The notes beneath the pieces were generated by a model, which was not told where the DNA came from, did no database searches, and saw nothing but the letters and a program-made list of their open reading frames with translations. From an uncultured Planctomycetia bacterium (GTDB lineage Bacteria > Omnitrophota > Gorgyraeia > Tantalellales > Tantalellaceae): DNA of 64,000 nucleotides. The position numbers and the translations under genes were made by a program. Within the stretch, counting starts at the first letter, position 1; the number at the start of each line of letters is the position of its first letter. The DNA lies in contig CAZGOG010000006.1 in NCBI GenBank assembly GCA_964527555.1, positions 276 through 64,275 of the forward strand, given 5' to 3'. Positions 10,061-19,162 of this stretch are shown piece after piece.

Positions 10061-11032
10061 CTATGCTTTCCCGGCACTGCCAAGCACGTTTTCATTCTTG
10101 TGCTTGTACATCTTGATAAGCTCGTCCCGGGCCGGACCAAGATACTTCCTGGGATCGAACTCTTTCGGTTTCGTCCACAGGACCTCGCGTATTTTGGCCG
10201 TCATTGCAAGCCGTCCGTCGGAATCGATGTTTATCTTACATACCGCGGATTCCGCAGCCTTGCGCAGCTGGTCTTCCGGAACTCCTACAGCGTTTTCCAG
10301 ATTTCCGCCGTATTTATTAATAAGTTCGACATACTCTGGAAGAACGGAACTTGACCCATGAAGTACAATGGGAAACCCCGGAAGCCTCTTCTCCACTTCT
10401 TTCAAGATATCGAATCTTAAAGGCGGGACTTCCTCTCCGGGCTTTACCTTGAATTTGTAAGCGCCGTGAGAGGTACCGATAGATATTGCCAGACTGTCTA
10501 CCCCGGTCTTGGATACAAACTCTTCCACCTCTTCCGGTTTGGTATAATGCGTCTTTTCGTGACTTACCTCATCTTCGATGCCGGCAAGAACGCCGAGTTC
10601 ACCTTCTACGGTGACGTCATACTTGCGGGCGTACCCTACGACCTTTTTAGTAAGGGCGATATTATCTTCAAAAGACAAACCGGAACCATCTATCATGACG
10701 GATGAAAAACCGCTTTCTACACAGGAGACGCATAATTCGTACGTATCGCCGTGGTCCAGGTGCAAGGTCACCGGTATGTTGCTGCCGGCATCCTTAATGA
10801 AGTCTATCGCGCCTCCGGCCATATGCCTGAGAAGTATGGGGTTAGCATACTTTCGGGCGCCGGAAGACACCTGGAGCACAACAGGAGAATTTGTGTCTAT
10901 ACAGGCGGTTAAAATAGCCTGAAGCTGCTCCATGTTGTTGAAATTATACCCCGGGATCGCATATTTGCCGTCAATGGCTTTTGCGTACATCTCTTTGGTG
11001 TTTACAAGACCTAAATCTTTATAGCTGTACAT
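10061..11032 (-). CDS. fba: Fructose-bisphosphate aldolase, class II
   Basis: The N-terminus MYSYKDLGLVNTKEM...AIPGYNFNNMEQ is diagnostic of class II FBA. The HLDHG and GTSHGAYK motifs are present. Confidence 0.9.
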   Translation of the reverse strand: MYSYKDLGLVNTKEMYAKAIDGKYAIPGYNFNNMEQLQAILTACIDTNSPVVLQVSSGARKYANPILLRHMAGGAIDFIKDAGSNIPVTLHLDHGDTYELCVSCVESGFSSVMIDGSGLSFEDNIALTKKVVGYARKYDVTVEGELGVLAGIEDEVSHEKTHYTKPEEVEEFVSKTGVDSLAISIGTSHGAYKFKVKPGEEVPPLRFDILKEVEKRLPGFPIVLHGSSSVLPEYVELINKYGGNLENAVGVPEDQLRKAAESAVCKINIDSDGRLAMTAKIREVLWTKPKEFDPRKYLGPARDELIKMYKHKNENVLGSAGKA

Positions 11033-11121
11033 GGTTTTTCATCCTTTCTTTTTATGCTTTTATAATAAGGGTAAATCAGGAAATATTCTATCAAGTTCCT
11101 TTTCTATTACAAGGAAAAAAT

Positions 11122-11526
11122 TTATTCCTCTTTAACCAGAGACTTTATTGTTATTGATTGGAGCTTTTTGACAAGATCTTTCTCTATATTGTCCAGTTTT
11201 TTCTTAAGGTAACAGGTCCTCACCCTTGGGCAGGTCCTGCCTTTAAAAAGGTGTTCATTCAGCGTAAAACGCCCCTGGAATATCTCGATAATATTAACAA
11301 TGTTTATCTTCCCGGGATCGACAACCAGGGAAAAACCGCCGCTTCTGCCCTTATATGACTTAAGCAGGCCCTTTTTATTCAAAACTTGAAGTATTTTCCT
11401 CAAAAAAGGTCTCGGCATATCGAGTTCTTCCGAGAGACTGGAGACAGTAAACATCCCGTCCCTGGAGGAGGCTATACAGGTCAGGGCTCTTACGGCATAA
11501 TCGGTATCCCTGGTAAGCAGCTTCAT
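11122..11526 (-). CDS. Rrf2-family transcriptional regulator
   Basis: The N-terminal wHTH reads MKLLTRDTDYAVRAL, typical of Rrf2/IscR. There is a C-terminal CxxxxxC pair plus E/H, so it may ligate a cluster. Confidence 0.85.
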   Translation of the reverse strand: MKLLTRDTDYAVRALTCIASSRDGMFTVSSLSEELDMPRPFLRKILQVLNKKGLLKSYKGRSGGFSLVVDPGKINIVNIIEIFQGRFTLNEHLFKGRTCPRVRTCYLKKKLDNIEKDLVKKLQSITIKSLVKEE

Positions 11527-11564
11527 TTGTATATCCTCCTTAAATCAAGATTATGTGAAAATTT

Positions 11565-12605
11565 TTACTGATTACGTTTTTTTAAAAATTTCACGATAAA
11601 ATTCCTGCAAATGAGCGCGATAAGTAAAACAGTCGCAGCTAGCGTCAGCCAATCGGGAATTATCCTCCGGTGGGCATGCATCATAAAATGAATAGAACCA
11701 GGTTCATAAAAATAAGTAAAAATTTTGTCAAGCACTAGACCCAGCGTAATACTGCTGACAGCGATCGACCCCAGGTAAATAATAAGAGCTTTCCGCCCCA
11801 TATTCTTAGCGACTACGGACATGGTTACGATATTAGTCGCGGGACCCGCAACCAGGAAAACAAAAGCAGCGCCGGGACCCAGCCCCTTTATCATCAAAGC
11901 CGCAGCTATCGGTATCGAAGCGGTCGCACAAACATACATGGGGATACCTACAAGGAGCATTATAAACATCTCCTTAAGCCCGGATCCCAGGTATGTTTCA
12001 ATGAAGGTTTCCGGCAGAAAGTACGTAATCACTCCCCCCATCAGAATCCCTGCCAGTAACGCAAGACCAGTATCCTCTAATAGATCCCCAAAAGCATAAC
12101 TGAAAACGCCTTTTATCCTATGGCCGGTACCGTGCACGTGTTCCTTCTCCTCATCGCAGAGCTTACATTTAGGCACTTCTCTCGCAGGAGTAGGCTCTTC
12201 TTTAATAAAAATATTTGCAGCTGCTCCTGCCAAAACGCCCGTTATAAACGAAGCTATTATTCGGTAAACCGTAAAAAGTCCCCCCAAAAGTGAATACGTG
12301 GCAAAAATAGAATCAACGCCCGTCGTGGGCGTTGAAATAAGGAACGAGAGCACCGCCCCCCTGCTTGCGCCCTCTCTGCGTAATGACATCGCCGCCGGGA
12401 TAACCGAACAGGAGCAAAGAGGAAGCGGAATCCCGAACAAAGAAGCTGTCACCACCGAAAGAAGACTGCTCCTGCCAAGATGACGGCTCACCGTTCCGGT
12501 GCTGATAAAAATATGGAGAATACCGGCGAATAAAAAGCCGAACAATAGGTAAGGAGCCATTGCTTTGAGCAGAAAATACGATTCTTTGATTATACCGCTG
12601 ATCAT
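11565..12605 (-). CDS. Predicted permease (COG0701/DUF318-like) with CxC motifs
   Basis: A polytopic membrane protein with a CSCSVIP motif and a cytoplasmic CKLCDEEKEHVHGTGH metal-binding-like loop. Confidence 0.6.
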   Translation of the reverse strand: MISGIIKESYFLLKAMAPYLLFGFLFAGILHIFISTGTVSRHLGRSSLLSVVTASLFGIPLPLCSCSVIPAAMSLRREGASRGAVLSFLISTPTTGVDSIFATYSLLGGLFTVYRIIASFITGVLAGAAANIFIKEEPTPAREVPKCKLCDEEKEHVHGTGHRIKGVFSYAFGDLLEDTGLALLAGILMGGVITYFLPETFIETYLGSGLKEMFIMLLVGIPMYVCATASIPIAAALMIKGLGPGAAFVFLVAGPATNIVTMSVVAKNMGRKALIIYLGSIAVSSITLGLVLDKIFTYFYEPGSIHFMMHAHRRIIPDWLTLAATVLLIALICRNFIVKFLKKRNQ

Positions 12606-12607
12606 TT

Positions 12608-13129
12608 TTACAAAAGTTTTTTTATAATAGATTCAAAAAAGTCTTTGCCCCTGTAGCCGACTATCTTCTCTACGATCCTTCCCTTCCGGTCAATGATGAA
12701 CGTGGTTGGGATGCTCCTTATACCCCCGTAACTGGCAACCACTATCTGATCTGCCATAAGTACGGGGTAATCTATCTCGTTTGTCTGGACAAAAGGTCTC
12801 ACGGTAGCTGCCCCTCCCTGATCCAAGGCGACCCCTATAATCACAAGCCCTTTTCCCTTGTATCTCTGGTAGAGGTCCTTAAAGTGCGGCACTTCCATCC
12901 TGCAGGGCGGGCACCACGTCGCCCAGAAATCAAGTATGACCACTTTGCCTTTTGTCTGTGACAGCGAAAAGTCGTTACCGTTTAAATCTTTAAGCTTGAA
13001 ATCAGGGGCTACGGGTCTCAAGATATCAGATTCTGAAGATTCCGTGCGCGCCTGGCATGAAACAAGACTCGCCGCAATAAAAACTATTCCGATAAATACT
13101 AAAAATTTTAAACTTTTTCTTGTTTTCAC
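12608..13129 (-). CDS. TlpA/ResA-like thiol:disulfide oxidoreductase lipoprotein
   Basis: Has a signal peptide with a lipobox (LVSC) and the WATWCPPCRME thioredoxin-fold active site. Confidence 0.8.
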   Translation of the reverse strand: MKTRKSLKFLVFIGIVFIAASLVSCQARTESSESDILRPVAPDFKLKDLNGNDFSLSQTKGKVVILDFWATWCPPCRMEVPHFKDLYQRYKGKGLVIIGVALDQGGAATVRPFVQTNEIDYPVLMADQIVVASYGGIRSIPTTFIIDRKGRIVEKIVGYRGKDFFESIIKKLL

Positions 13130-13144
13130 CTGGCAATCCCTCCT

Positions 13145-13873
13145 TTATTTCGCGAACTTGTAAAACGCATCCGGAACGAACCTAACCAGTATACTTAAAC
13201 TGTCAAAAAACATAAGACAGCCCACTGCTATTAGCAGAAGTCCCGCAACGATCTCTCCCAGCCGGATAAACTTTTTATACCGCTGGAAAAAAGTCATAAA
13301 CGCACCTATCGCAAAACCCGTTACAATAAAAGGTATACCGAGCCCTAAGGAATAAACCGCTAAAAGCAGCATGCCTTTTAGCATGGTCTTTTGGGTTGCC
13401 GCCAGAGAAAGAATACCTCCCAGAATAGGCCCTACACAAGGTGTCCAGCCGAATCCAAATGCAAGTCCGATAACAAAAGCCCCCAAAAAACCGGATGACG
13501 GCTTTTTTATATTAATGCGCTTCTCATAGTTAAGCCATCCTATTCTAACAGCCCCTATGAGATACAGGCCGAATATAATAACAAGTACGCCCGCTATCTT
13601 TGTAAAGACCGTTATGTAGCTGGCGAGGAACTTTCCGACTAGAGAGGCAGATGCCCCCAGACAAATGAAAATTACGGAAAACCCAAGAACGAAAAAAATA
13701 GATACTATCCCCGCTTCTTTAAACTCCTTTTTCTTGTCAGCACCATGCCGAAGCTCTTCGAGTGAGACTCCCGAAAGGAAGGAAATATATCCGGGCACAA
13801 GAGGGAGTATGCAAGGGGATAAAAAAGACAGGACCCCTGCTATAAAAGCTATCCCCACATTGATGCTATCCAT
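13145..13873 (-). CDS. ccdA: Cytochrome c-type biogenesis/thiol-disulfide transporter CcdA (DsbD core)
   Basis: Has the two conserved Cys of the DsbD transmembrane domain (LSPCILPLVPG and GWTPCVGPILG). Confidence 0.85.
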   Translation of the reverse strand: MDSINVGIAFIAGVLSFLSPCILPLVPGYISFLSGVSLEELRHGADKKKEFKEAGIVSIFFVLGFSVIFICLGASASLVGKFLASYITVFTKIAGVLVIIFGLYLIGAVRIGWLNYEKRINIKKPSSGFLGAFVIGLAFGFGWTPCVGPILGGILSLAATQKTMLKGMLLLAVYSLGLGIPFIVTGFAIGAFMTFFQRYKKFIRLGEIVAGLLLIAVGCLMFFDSLSILVRFVPDAFYKFAK

Positions 13874-13890
13874 GCGTAAATCGCCTCCCT

Positions 13891-14523
13891 TTACTTGAAA
13901 ATCTCGCCTGTCTCTCCCGACCAGAACAAGAGATCCAGCTCATCCATCGGGATACCTATTTTTCTTGAGAATCTTCTCAGTTTTTCTTCAAGTGACAAAT
14001 ATTTTTTCTCTGATATTCCATCGGGAACCTGCCGGATGATACCGTATCTAACCATGTTCCTTAGTATGTGTACGTCAAGTATAGCCAGATCCCGACCGAA
14101 TCCGATATTCCTCAAAAAATGACTCGCTTCTTTAAGCCCTATTCCCTTAACATTACACGCCAGCCAGTGACGCGTCTTGAAAACGTCTCCGGCATCTATC
14201 CGCCTTTTTAACCTTAGGCTGCCGCCTTCGGTAAAAAGTCTTCTCGCCTCCACGATATAGCCGGCTTTATTGTTTGGAAAACGGACTGCTTTCAGGCCCC
14301 TTCTTATCTGAAGCCGGTTCCCCTTAAAAAGCATCCCTCTCTTTTCCAACCCGGAAACAGCTTTATCACAGTAGACCGCCTTCGACTGGGGAGTGCATAT
14401 ACAGAAACAAAGCTCGCTAAAGATCTTTCTCTCAGGTCCGTTCCATACCGCCTTGAACTCTTTCAGCCGGCTTTTTATCTTGGTCTTTTTTCTGGCGTAT
14501 TCTTCTATTAATTTATGCTTCAC
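13891..14523 (-). CDS. N-glycosylase/DNA lyase (Ogg2-type 8-oxoguanine glycosylase, HhH-GPD)
   Basis: About 210 aa with HhH-GPD-like content and a Lys/Asp pair. Size and N-terminus fit archaeal/Thermotoga-type Ogg. Confidence 0.65.
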   Translation of the reverse strand: MKHKLIEEYARKKTKIKSRLKEFKAVWNGPERKIFSELCFCICTPQSKAVYCDKAVSGLEKRGMLFKGNRLQIRRGLKAVRFPNNKAGYIVEARRLFTEGGSLRLKRRIDAGDVFKTRHWLACNVKGIGLKEASHFLRNIGFGRDLAILDVHILRNMVRYGIIRQVPDGISEKKYLSLEEKLRRFSRKIGIPMDELDLLFWSGETGEIFK

Positions 14524-14708
14524 AATACGGATTCTATAAGCATCCTGGCAATTTTAATATGAGTCACTTCATCATCACGTATAGCACTCAGCTGACTTTT
14601 TACGCCTTCATCCTGGAGCTGGTCAATATAATGATCATAAAAAGCCTTTGCCCTTTCCTCGTGGACTAGTATTTCCCGGAATTCTTTAAGCAGCATTTCA
14701 GTATTCAT
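14520..14708 (-). CDS. Ferritin-like helical-hairpin protein, half B (E...DEVTH motif)
   Basis: 62 aa and predicted all-helical. HEERAK and DDEVTH give E + ExxH, which is half a diiron site. It overlaps the upstream partner by 11 nt in a different frame. Confidence 0.4.
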   Translation of the reverse strand: MNTEMLLKEFREILVHEERAKAFYDHYIDQLQDEGVKSQLSAIRDDEVTHIKIARMLIESVL

Positions 14709-14940
14709 CTCGATTTGAGGCCCCCACTTCCAGTACCATTTTATCGATTATCTCTTTATGCCTTGAGGAGTCGCGGTGAAGCGTGGACAGGAGTTTTTCG
14801 ATCTTCTTTTTCTTCTCTATTTCCATACCCTCAGTCTGCTGGACCATAGCTTTTGCAAAACTTGCATACATCCCTATCATGCCCTCTTCGACATATACCA
14901 GTTCATTGAGCCCGGCCAAAAGCCTGTCTTTTTTCATCAT
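14698..14940 (-). CDS. Ferritin-like helical-hairpin protein, half A (E...ExxH motif)
   Basis: 80 aa and helical, with VEEG...EIEKKKKIEKLLSTLHRDSSRH. Together the two halves would form a four-helix diiron bundle. Confidence 0.4.
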   Translation of the reverse strand: MMKKDRLLAGLNELVYVEEGMIGMYASFAKAMVQQTEGMEIEKKKKIEKLLSTLHRDSSRHKEIIDKMVLEVGASNRDEY

Positions 14941-14949
14941 AGGTATCTC

Positions 14950-15873
14950 TTATCCCCCTTCCCTGCTTTTTGAAATATACTTGAAAGCCCCGAGTGCCGC
15001 TTTCGCGCCTTCCCCGGCAGCTACTATTATCTGTTTTTCGGGGACATTCGTAACATCCCCGGCGGCAAATATCCCGGGGACGCTGGTCTCATTCGCACAA
15101 TTCACCTCAATCTCCCCTTGTTTATTTTTATCCAGTAAACCAGTAAAGCCTGAATTCGGGATAAGTCCGATCTCGACAAAAATACCCTGGACAGATATCT
15201 CTTTCTCTTCTTCATCCTTTTTCACCTTTATACTTTTTACAAAGGCCTCCCCCAATATCGCGGTTATCCTGGTCTTATTAAGAACGGTAACCTTATCGCT
15301 CTTAAGAACCTTCTCCCGCATTATCGCATCACCTTTAAGTTCCGGTTCTATATTTATTATGAAAATTTTACCAGCTATCTTGATAAGCTGAAGCGCCGCA
15401 TCCAGTGCGGAGTTGCCCCCACCGATAATCGCGACATCCTTACCTGAGAACAAGGGGCCGTCACAGGTGGCGCAGTAAGTCAGACCCTTATTTTTAAACT
15501 CTTCTTCACCCGGCACGTTAAGCTCTCTTGATCTTTTTCCTGAAGAGACGATGACAGTTCTTGCTTTATATTTGCCTTTCAGGGTGCTAACCGCAAAAAA
15601 ATTTCCATCTTTGTCGATGCCGGTTACTTCTTCCTGCTCCTTTACCGGTATACTGTACTTTTTCATGTGCTCCTCAAACTTGGCCGTAAGTTCACTGCCG
15701 GTCACAAACTGGTATCCGGTATAATTTTCGATGTCTCCGCTCCAGGCGGCCTGGCCCCCGATGTCACCGGTTAGAACAATAAGATCCATCCCTTTGCGTG
15801 CGGCATATACACCGGCTGTAATACCCGCCGGACCGGCGCCTATTATGATAACATCGTATATTTTATCCATCAC
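14950..15873 (-). CDS. trxB: Thioredoxin-disulfide reductase
   Basis: Begins YDVIIIGAGPAG, has the CATCDG redox-active disulfide and a GGGNSA NADPH motif, at 307 aa. Confidence 0.9.
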   Translation of the reverse strand: MMDKIYDVIIIGAGPAGITAGVYAARKGMDLIVLTGDIGGQAAWSGDIENYTGYQFVTGSELTAKFEEHMKKYSIPVKEQEEVTGIDKDGNFFAVSTLKGKYKARTVIVSSGKRSRELNVPGEEEFKNKGLTYCATCDGPLFSGKDVAIIGGGNSALDAALQLIKIAGKIFIINIEPELKGDAIMREKVLKSDKVTVLNKTRITAILGEAFVKSIKVKKDEEEKEISVQGIFVEIGLIPNSGFTGLLDKNKQGEIEVNCANETSVPGIFAAGDVTNVPEKQIIVAAGEGAKAALGAFKYISKSREGG

Positions 15874-15904
15874 CGTATAGAATTTTACTGTTTAAAACCG
15901 TCCG

Positions 15905-16141
15905 TTACAGTCCCAGCGCGCTGGAGATCTTCTCTTTATCAAAACCCACGATTATCTCGCCTTCGATATCAAGGACCGGCACTCCCATCTGGCCGGATTT
16001 AGCGACCATCTCCTCGGCCCTGGCATGATTAGCGGAAACATCAATATCTTCAAAGTCTATATTATTATCTTTAAGAAACTGCTTCGTTTTTAGACAAAAC
16101 GGGCAAGTCGGAGTGCTGTAAATCATGATTTTTTTACTCAT
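15905..16141 (-). CDS. Glutaredoxin-like protein
   Basis: 78 aa with the CPFC active site (YSTPTCPFCLKTK). Confidence 0.8.
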   Translation of the reverse strand: MSKKIMIYSTPTCPFCLKTKQFLKDNNIDFEDIDVSANHARAEEMVAKSGQMGVPVLDIEGEIIVGFDKEKISSALGL

Positions 16142-16154
16142 CTGCGCTCCTCTT

Positions 16155-16640
16155 TTAAGATTCTAACACCTTTTTTAAATCAGTCAGCTTTTTTATGTGA
16201 CTCTCTTCCTCTTTAATCAGTTTGTCGATTGTCTCTGCCTCACCAGCCGATACAATCTTCTTCATATTTTCATAGAAAGTAACCGATTCTTCCTCAAGTT
16301 TTATGCCGAGTGTGACTGCCTCTATATCGCTTTTGGTGCCCGCGGCTACTTCCTTGCCCTTATCCTTCCGTGTAAAGACGTATTCCCCGGCTAACGTATT
16401 CATATAGGAAAAATAGTCTTCGGGGTAAGCGCCACTCGGCTCATACCTGCAGGAAGCCTTAAATATATCCTTGAAAATATCTATGTGTTTCTCTTCTTCT
16501 TCCGAAAGATATACAAAGACTTCGGAAGCCTGTTTACTTTGGGCCATCCGGGCAAGCTTACCATAGAAGTCCTTCCCGTTCTTCTCTATCTGTATGCCCA
16601 GTTCCACAACCTCGCAGCTTGAAAAATGCTTATCGCTCAT
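16155..16640 (-). CDS. Rubrerythrin-like ferritin-like diiron protein without a rubredoxin domain
   Basis: Carries two E...ExxH repeats (EEEKHI, EEESHIKK) at 161 aa. Confidence 0.7.
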   Translation of the reverse strand: MSDKHFSSCEVVELGIQIEKNGKDFYGKLARMAQSKQASEVFVYLSEEEEKHIDIFKDIFKASCRYEPSGAYPEDYFSYMNTLAGEYVFTRKDKGKEVAAGTKSDIEAVTLGIKLEEESVTFYENMKKIVSAGEAETIDKLIKEEESHIKKLTDLKKVLES

Positions 16641-16664
16641 CTATCCTCCCGCGCTTTTTACCGG

Positions 16665-17249
16665 TTAATAATTCTCGCAGAAAAGTTCAAAATATTCCTG
16701 CGGGTGCCTGCATGACGGACATTTCTCAATGGCCTCTTCACCCTCATGAACATACCCGCAATTACGGCATTTCCACTTACGAGGCGCCTCTCTCTTGAAC
16801 ACCTTACCGCCTTTGATGTTTGCTGCAAGCTTGCGGTAGCGGGCTTCGTGCGCCTGCTCGACTCTGGCTATGTTCTCAAAAGAAGCAGCGATCTCATCAA
16901 ATCCCTCTTTTTTTGCCACTTCGGCAGCTTCTTTGTAAAGCTTTGTCCATTCAAGATTCTCGCCCGCTGCGGCTGCTTCGAGATTGGCAAGGGTATCGGA
17001 GATAATCCCGGCCGGGTAAGCGGCCTGTATCTCAAGCTCACCCCCTTCTAAATATTTAAAGAACACTTTAGCGTGTTCCCGTTCGTTTTCTGCCGTCTCA
17101 AGAAAAAGCGCCTCGATCTGCCTGTACCCTTCTTTCCTGGCGACACCGGCAAAATAAGTGTACCTGTTCCTCGCCTGGGATTCACCTGCGAAAGAAGCCA
17201 AAAGATTTTTTTCTGTCTTTGTTCCCTTTACACTTGCCATTTTTATCAT
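16665..17249 (-). CDS. rbr: Rubrerythrin
   Basis: An N-terminal diiron ferritin-like domain (NLLASFAGESQARNRY, ENEREHA) is followed by a C-terminal rubredoxin-like CRNCGY...CPSC domain. Confidence 0.9.
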   Translation of the reverse strand: MIKMASVKGTKTEKNLLASFAGESQARNRYTYFAGVARKEGYRQIEALFLETAENEREHAKVFFKYLEGGELEIQAAYPAGIISDTLANLEAAAAGENLEWTKLYKEAAEVAKKEGFDEIAASFENIARVEQAHEARYRKLAANIKGGKVFKREAPRKWKCRNCGYVHEGEEAIEKCPSCRHPQEYFELFCENY

Positions 17250-17285
17250 CCTCCCTTTAGCAATTCACTTCCCCGGTTTTACAGA

Positions 17286-17666
17286 TTATTTCCTTTTCCA
17301 AAGCATATGTATCGTACAAAATTCTCTTACTTCGACTATATCCAGATTTTTAACACAAAATTCCGCTTCAGGCGCTTCTCCGGGATTAAGCTCCGCGCGC
17401 AAAACTTTATCCGCAGTTAAGACTTCGATGAACTTTATATAATGCGCATCTTCCATGGGGTGCGGAGTGCTGCCGACTTTCACCTTGACCCCTCCTTTAG
17501 TCTCCTCGACTACCGGAACGTGCTTTTCCTTCCCCTCATCCTCGGTTTTGGGATAAAGTTTAGCCATCGGCTGACCGCAGCATACAAGGTCAGGCGCCCC
17601 TTCATGCGCGATCTCTACGACATTCCCGCATATACTGCACCTGTAAAGTTCCCTTAATCTCGTCAT
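17286..17666 (-). CDS. dfx: Desulfoferrodoxin (2Fe superoxide reductase)
   Basis: The N-terminal desulforedoxin motif reads CSICGNVVE...CCGQPM. A C-terminal SOR domain has EKHVP and His ligands. Size is 126 aa. Confidence 0.9.
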   Translation of the reverse strand: MTRLRELYRCSICGNVVEIAHEGAPDLVCCGQPMAKLYPKTEDEGKEKHVPVVEETKGGVKVKVGSTPHPMEDAHYIKFIEVLTADKVLRAELNPGEAPEAEFCVKNLDIVEVREFCTIHMLWKRK

Positions 17667-18826
17667 GATATCCCTCCCTTTAATTGTTCTTTTATACCGT
17701 TAATCGTATTTTCATCCGGCACATACTGGACCTTTATGCCTTTCAGCATATCAAAACCGCATGAACCTAATACGCCCTCTATCTCACCGATACTTTGGCC
17801 TCCCCAGCCGTAAGAACCGAACGCAAGGCCCCTCCTTCCCTTCGGGGCAAGGCCTTTCATGTAAGTAAGAAAAGCCGATACCGTAGGAAGCAATCCGTTG
17901 TTGAGCGTGGGTGAACCCACGCATATATACTTACTGTTTAGGATCCGGGTCATTATGTCTGATATATGATTAGTCTTTAGACTCATAAGATGTGAGGGTA
18001 TTCCTTTATCTTCAAAAATTTCATAAATTGCTTCTGCGATTTTTTCAGTCGATCCCCACATCGTATCATAGACGATTGTCGCTTTCGCGCTGGTAATATT
18101 ATTCGCCCATTCTTTATAAAGACCTATTATCTCCCCCAGATACTTGCGCCAGATAATGCCGTGACTAGGCGCTATCATATCGATATCGAGGCCGGAAAGC
18201 GCTTCAAGCGCTTTATCTACCTGCGCCCCATACGGCAGGACGATATTGGCATAATATTTTGCGGCTTCCTCCCTGACTATATCCCACCCCACTTGATCGT
18301 CAAAACGCTCCGGTGAAGCTATGTGCTGGCCGAAGGCATCGTTCGGAAGGAGCAGTTTATCCTCGGGTATATACGTCGCCATGGAATCAGGCCAATGGAC
18401 CATCTGGGTAAGAACGAACCGGGGGTTTCTCCTGCCGATATTTATCGCCTCGCCTGTATTAACAACCTTTAATTTCCAGTCGGCTTTATAATGTTTTTTA
18501 AGTCCCTTTTCACCGTTGGGGGATGTTATGACAGTGGCATCCGGGCATAATTTCATCAGCATGGGCAGGCTCCCCGAATGGTCCATCTCAACATGATTGG
18601 ATATGACATAATTTATTTCAGAGGGGTCTATTACCGTCCGTATCCGCTGGAGCATCTCATCACAGAGATAATGTTTGACCGTATCGACAAGGAGTATTTT
18701 TTCGTCGATGATGAGGTATGCGTTATAGGTGGATCCTCGCTGGGTAAGGTATCCATGGAAGTTTCTTAAGTTCCGGTCTATACCACCGACCCAGTATATC
18801 CCCTTTTTTATCTCAACTCGCTTCAT
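17663..18826 (-). CDS. Flavodiiron protein (FprA/rubredoxin:oxygen oxidoreductase-type). Start placed at MKRVEIKKGIYWVGG.
   Basis: A metallo-beta-lactamase-like diiron domain is followed by a C-terminal flavodoxin-like domain. The N-terminus YWVG...RNFHGY matches the FDP family. The ATGA overlap with dfx suggests translational coupling. Confidence 0.85.
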   Translation of the reverse strand: MKRVEIKKGIYWVGGIDRNLRNFHGYLTQRGSTYNAYLIIDEKILLVDTVKHYLCDEMLQRIRTVIDPSEINYVISNHVEMDHSGSLPMLMKLCPDATVITSPNGEKGLKKHYKADWKLKVVNTGEAINIGRRNPRFVLTQMVHWPDSMATYIPEDKLLLPNDAFGQHIASPERFDDQVGWDIVREEAAKYYANIVLPYGAQVDKALEALSGLDIDMIAPSHGIIWRKYLGEIIGLYKEWANNITSAKATIVYDTMWGSTEKIAEAIYEIFEDKGIPSHLMSLKTNHISDIMTRILNSKYICVGSPTLNNGLLPTVSAFLTYMKGLAPKGRRGLAFGSYGWGGQSIGEIEGVLGSCGFDMLKGIKVQYVPDENTINGIKEQLKGGIS

Positions 18827-18845
18827 GGTAAGTCTTTCCCAAGCC

Positions 18846-18989
18846 TTAATCTTCTTCCGGTTCAAATTGATCTTTTCCGACCCCGCACTCGGGACATACC
18901 CATTCTTCCGGAAGATCTTCAAATGCCTCGTTATTGTTTTCCTTGGGATCATAAATATAACCACATACCGTACACCTGTATCTTTTCAT
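18846..18989 (-). CDS. Rubredoxin (47 aa; below the ORF-track cutoff)
   Basis: A manual reverse-complement translation gives [47 protein letters not shown]. It has the classic CxxCG...CPxCG rubredoxin motifs and an SD-like GGGAGAGG upstream. Confidence 0.85.
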   Translation of the reverse strand: MKRYRCTVCGYIYDPKENNNEAFEDLPEEWVCPECGVGKDQFEPEED

Positions 18990-19089
18990 CGCCTCTCCCT
19001 TCTTTTATGCTCGCTTCTTATCCTTTATGATATAACAGATCTATATGACATTCTATATTAAAATAATATATTTTTTCCATTGATATTTA

Positions 19090-19130
19090 AGCTTAAATAA
19101 ACCCCGCATCAACGCTAGAAACCCTGATCG
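19090..19130 (-). other. Stem-loop between the small ORF and rubredoxin (candidate attenuator or processing hairpin)
   Basis: AACCCCGCATC and GATGCGGGGTT form a perfect 11-bp stem around a 19-nt loop. On the minus strand it is followed by a U-rich UUUAUUUAAG tract. Confidence 0.45.
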
Positions 19131-19162
19131 ATGCGGGGTTGTCATGAAAACTGGTGGGTAGT

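Noticed and set aside
14783-15391. 202-aa plus-strand ORF antisense to trxB
   Set aside because: It overlaps a high-confidence gene, has low-complexity composition and has no RBS.
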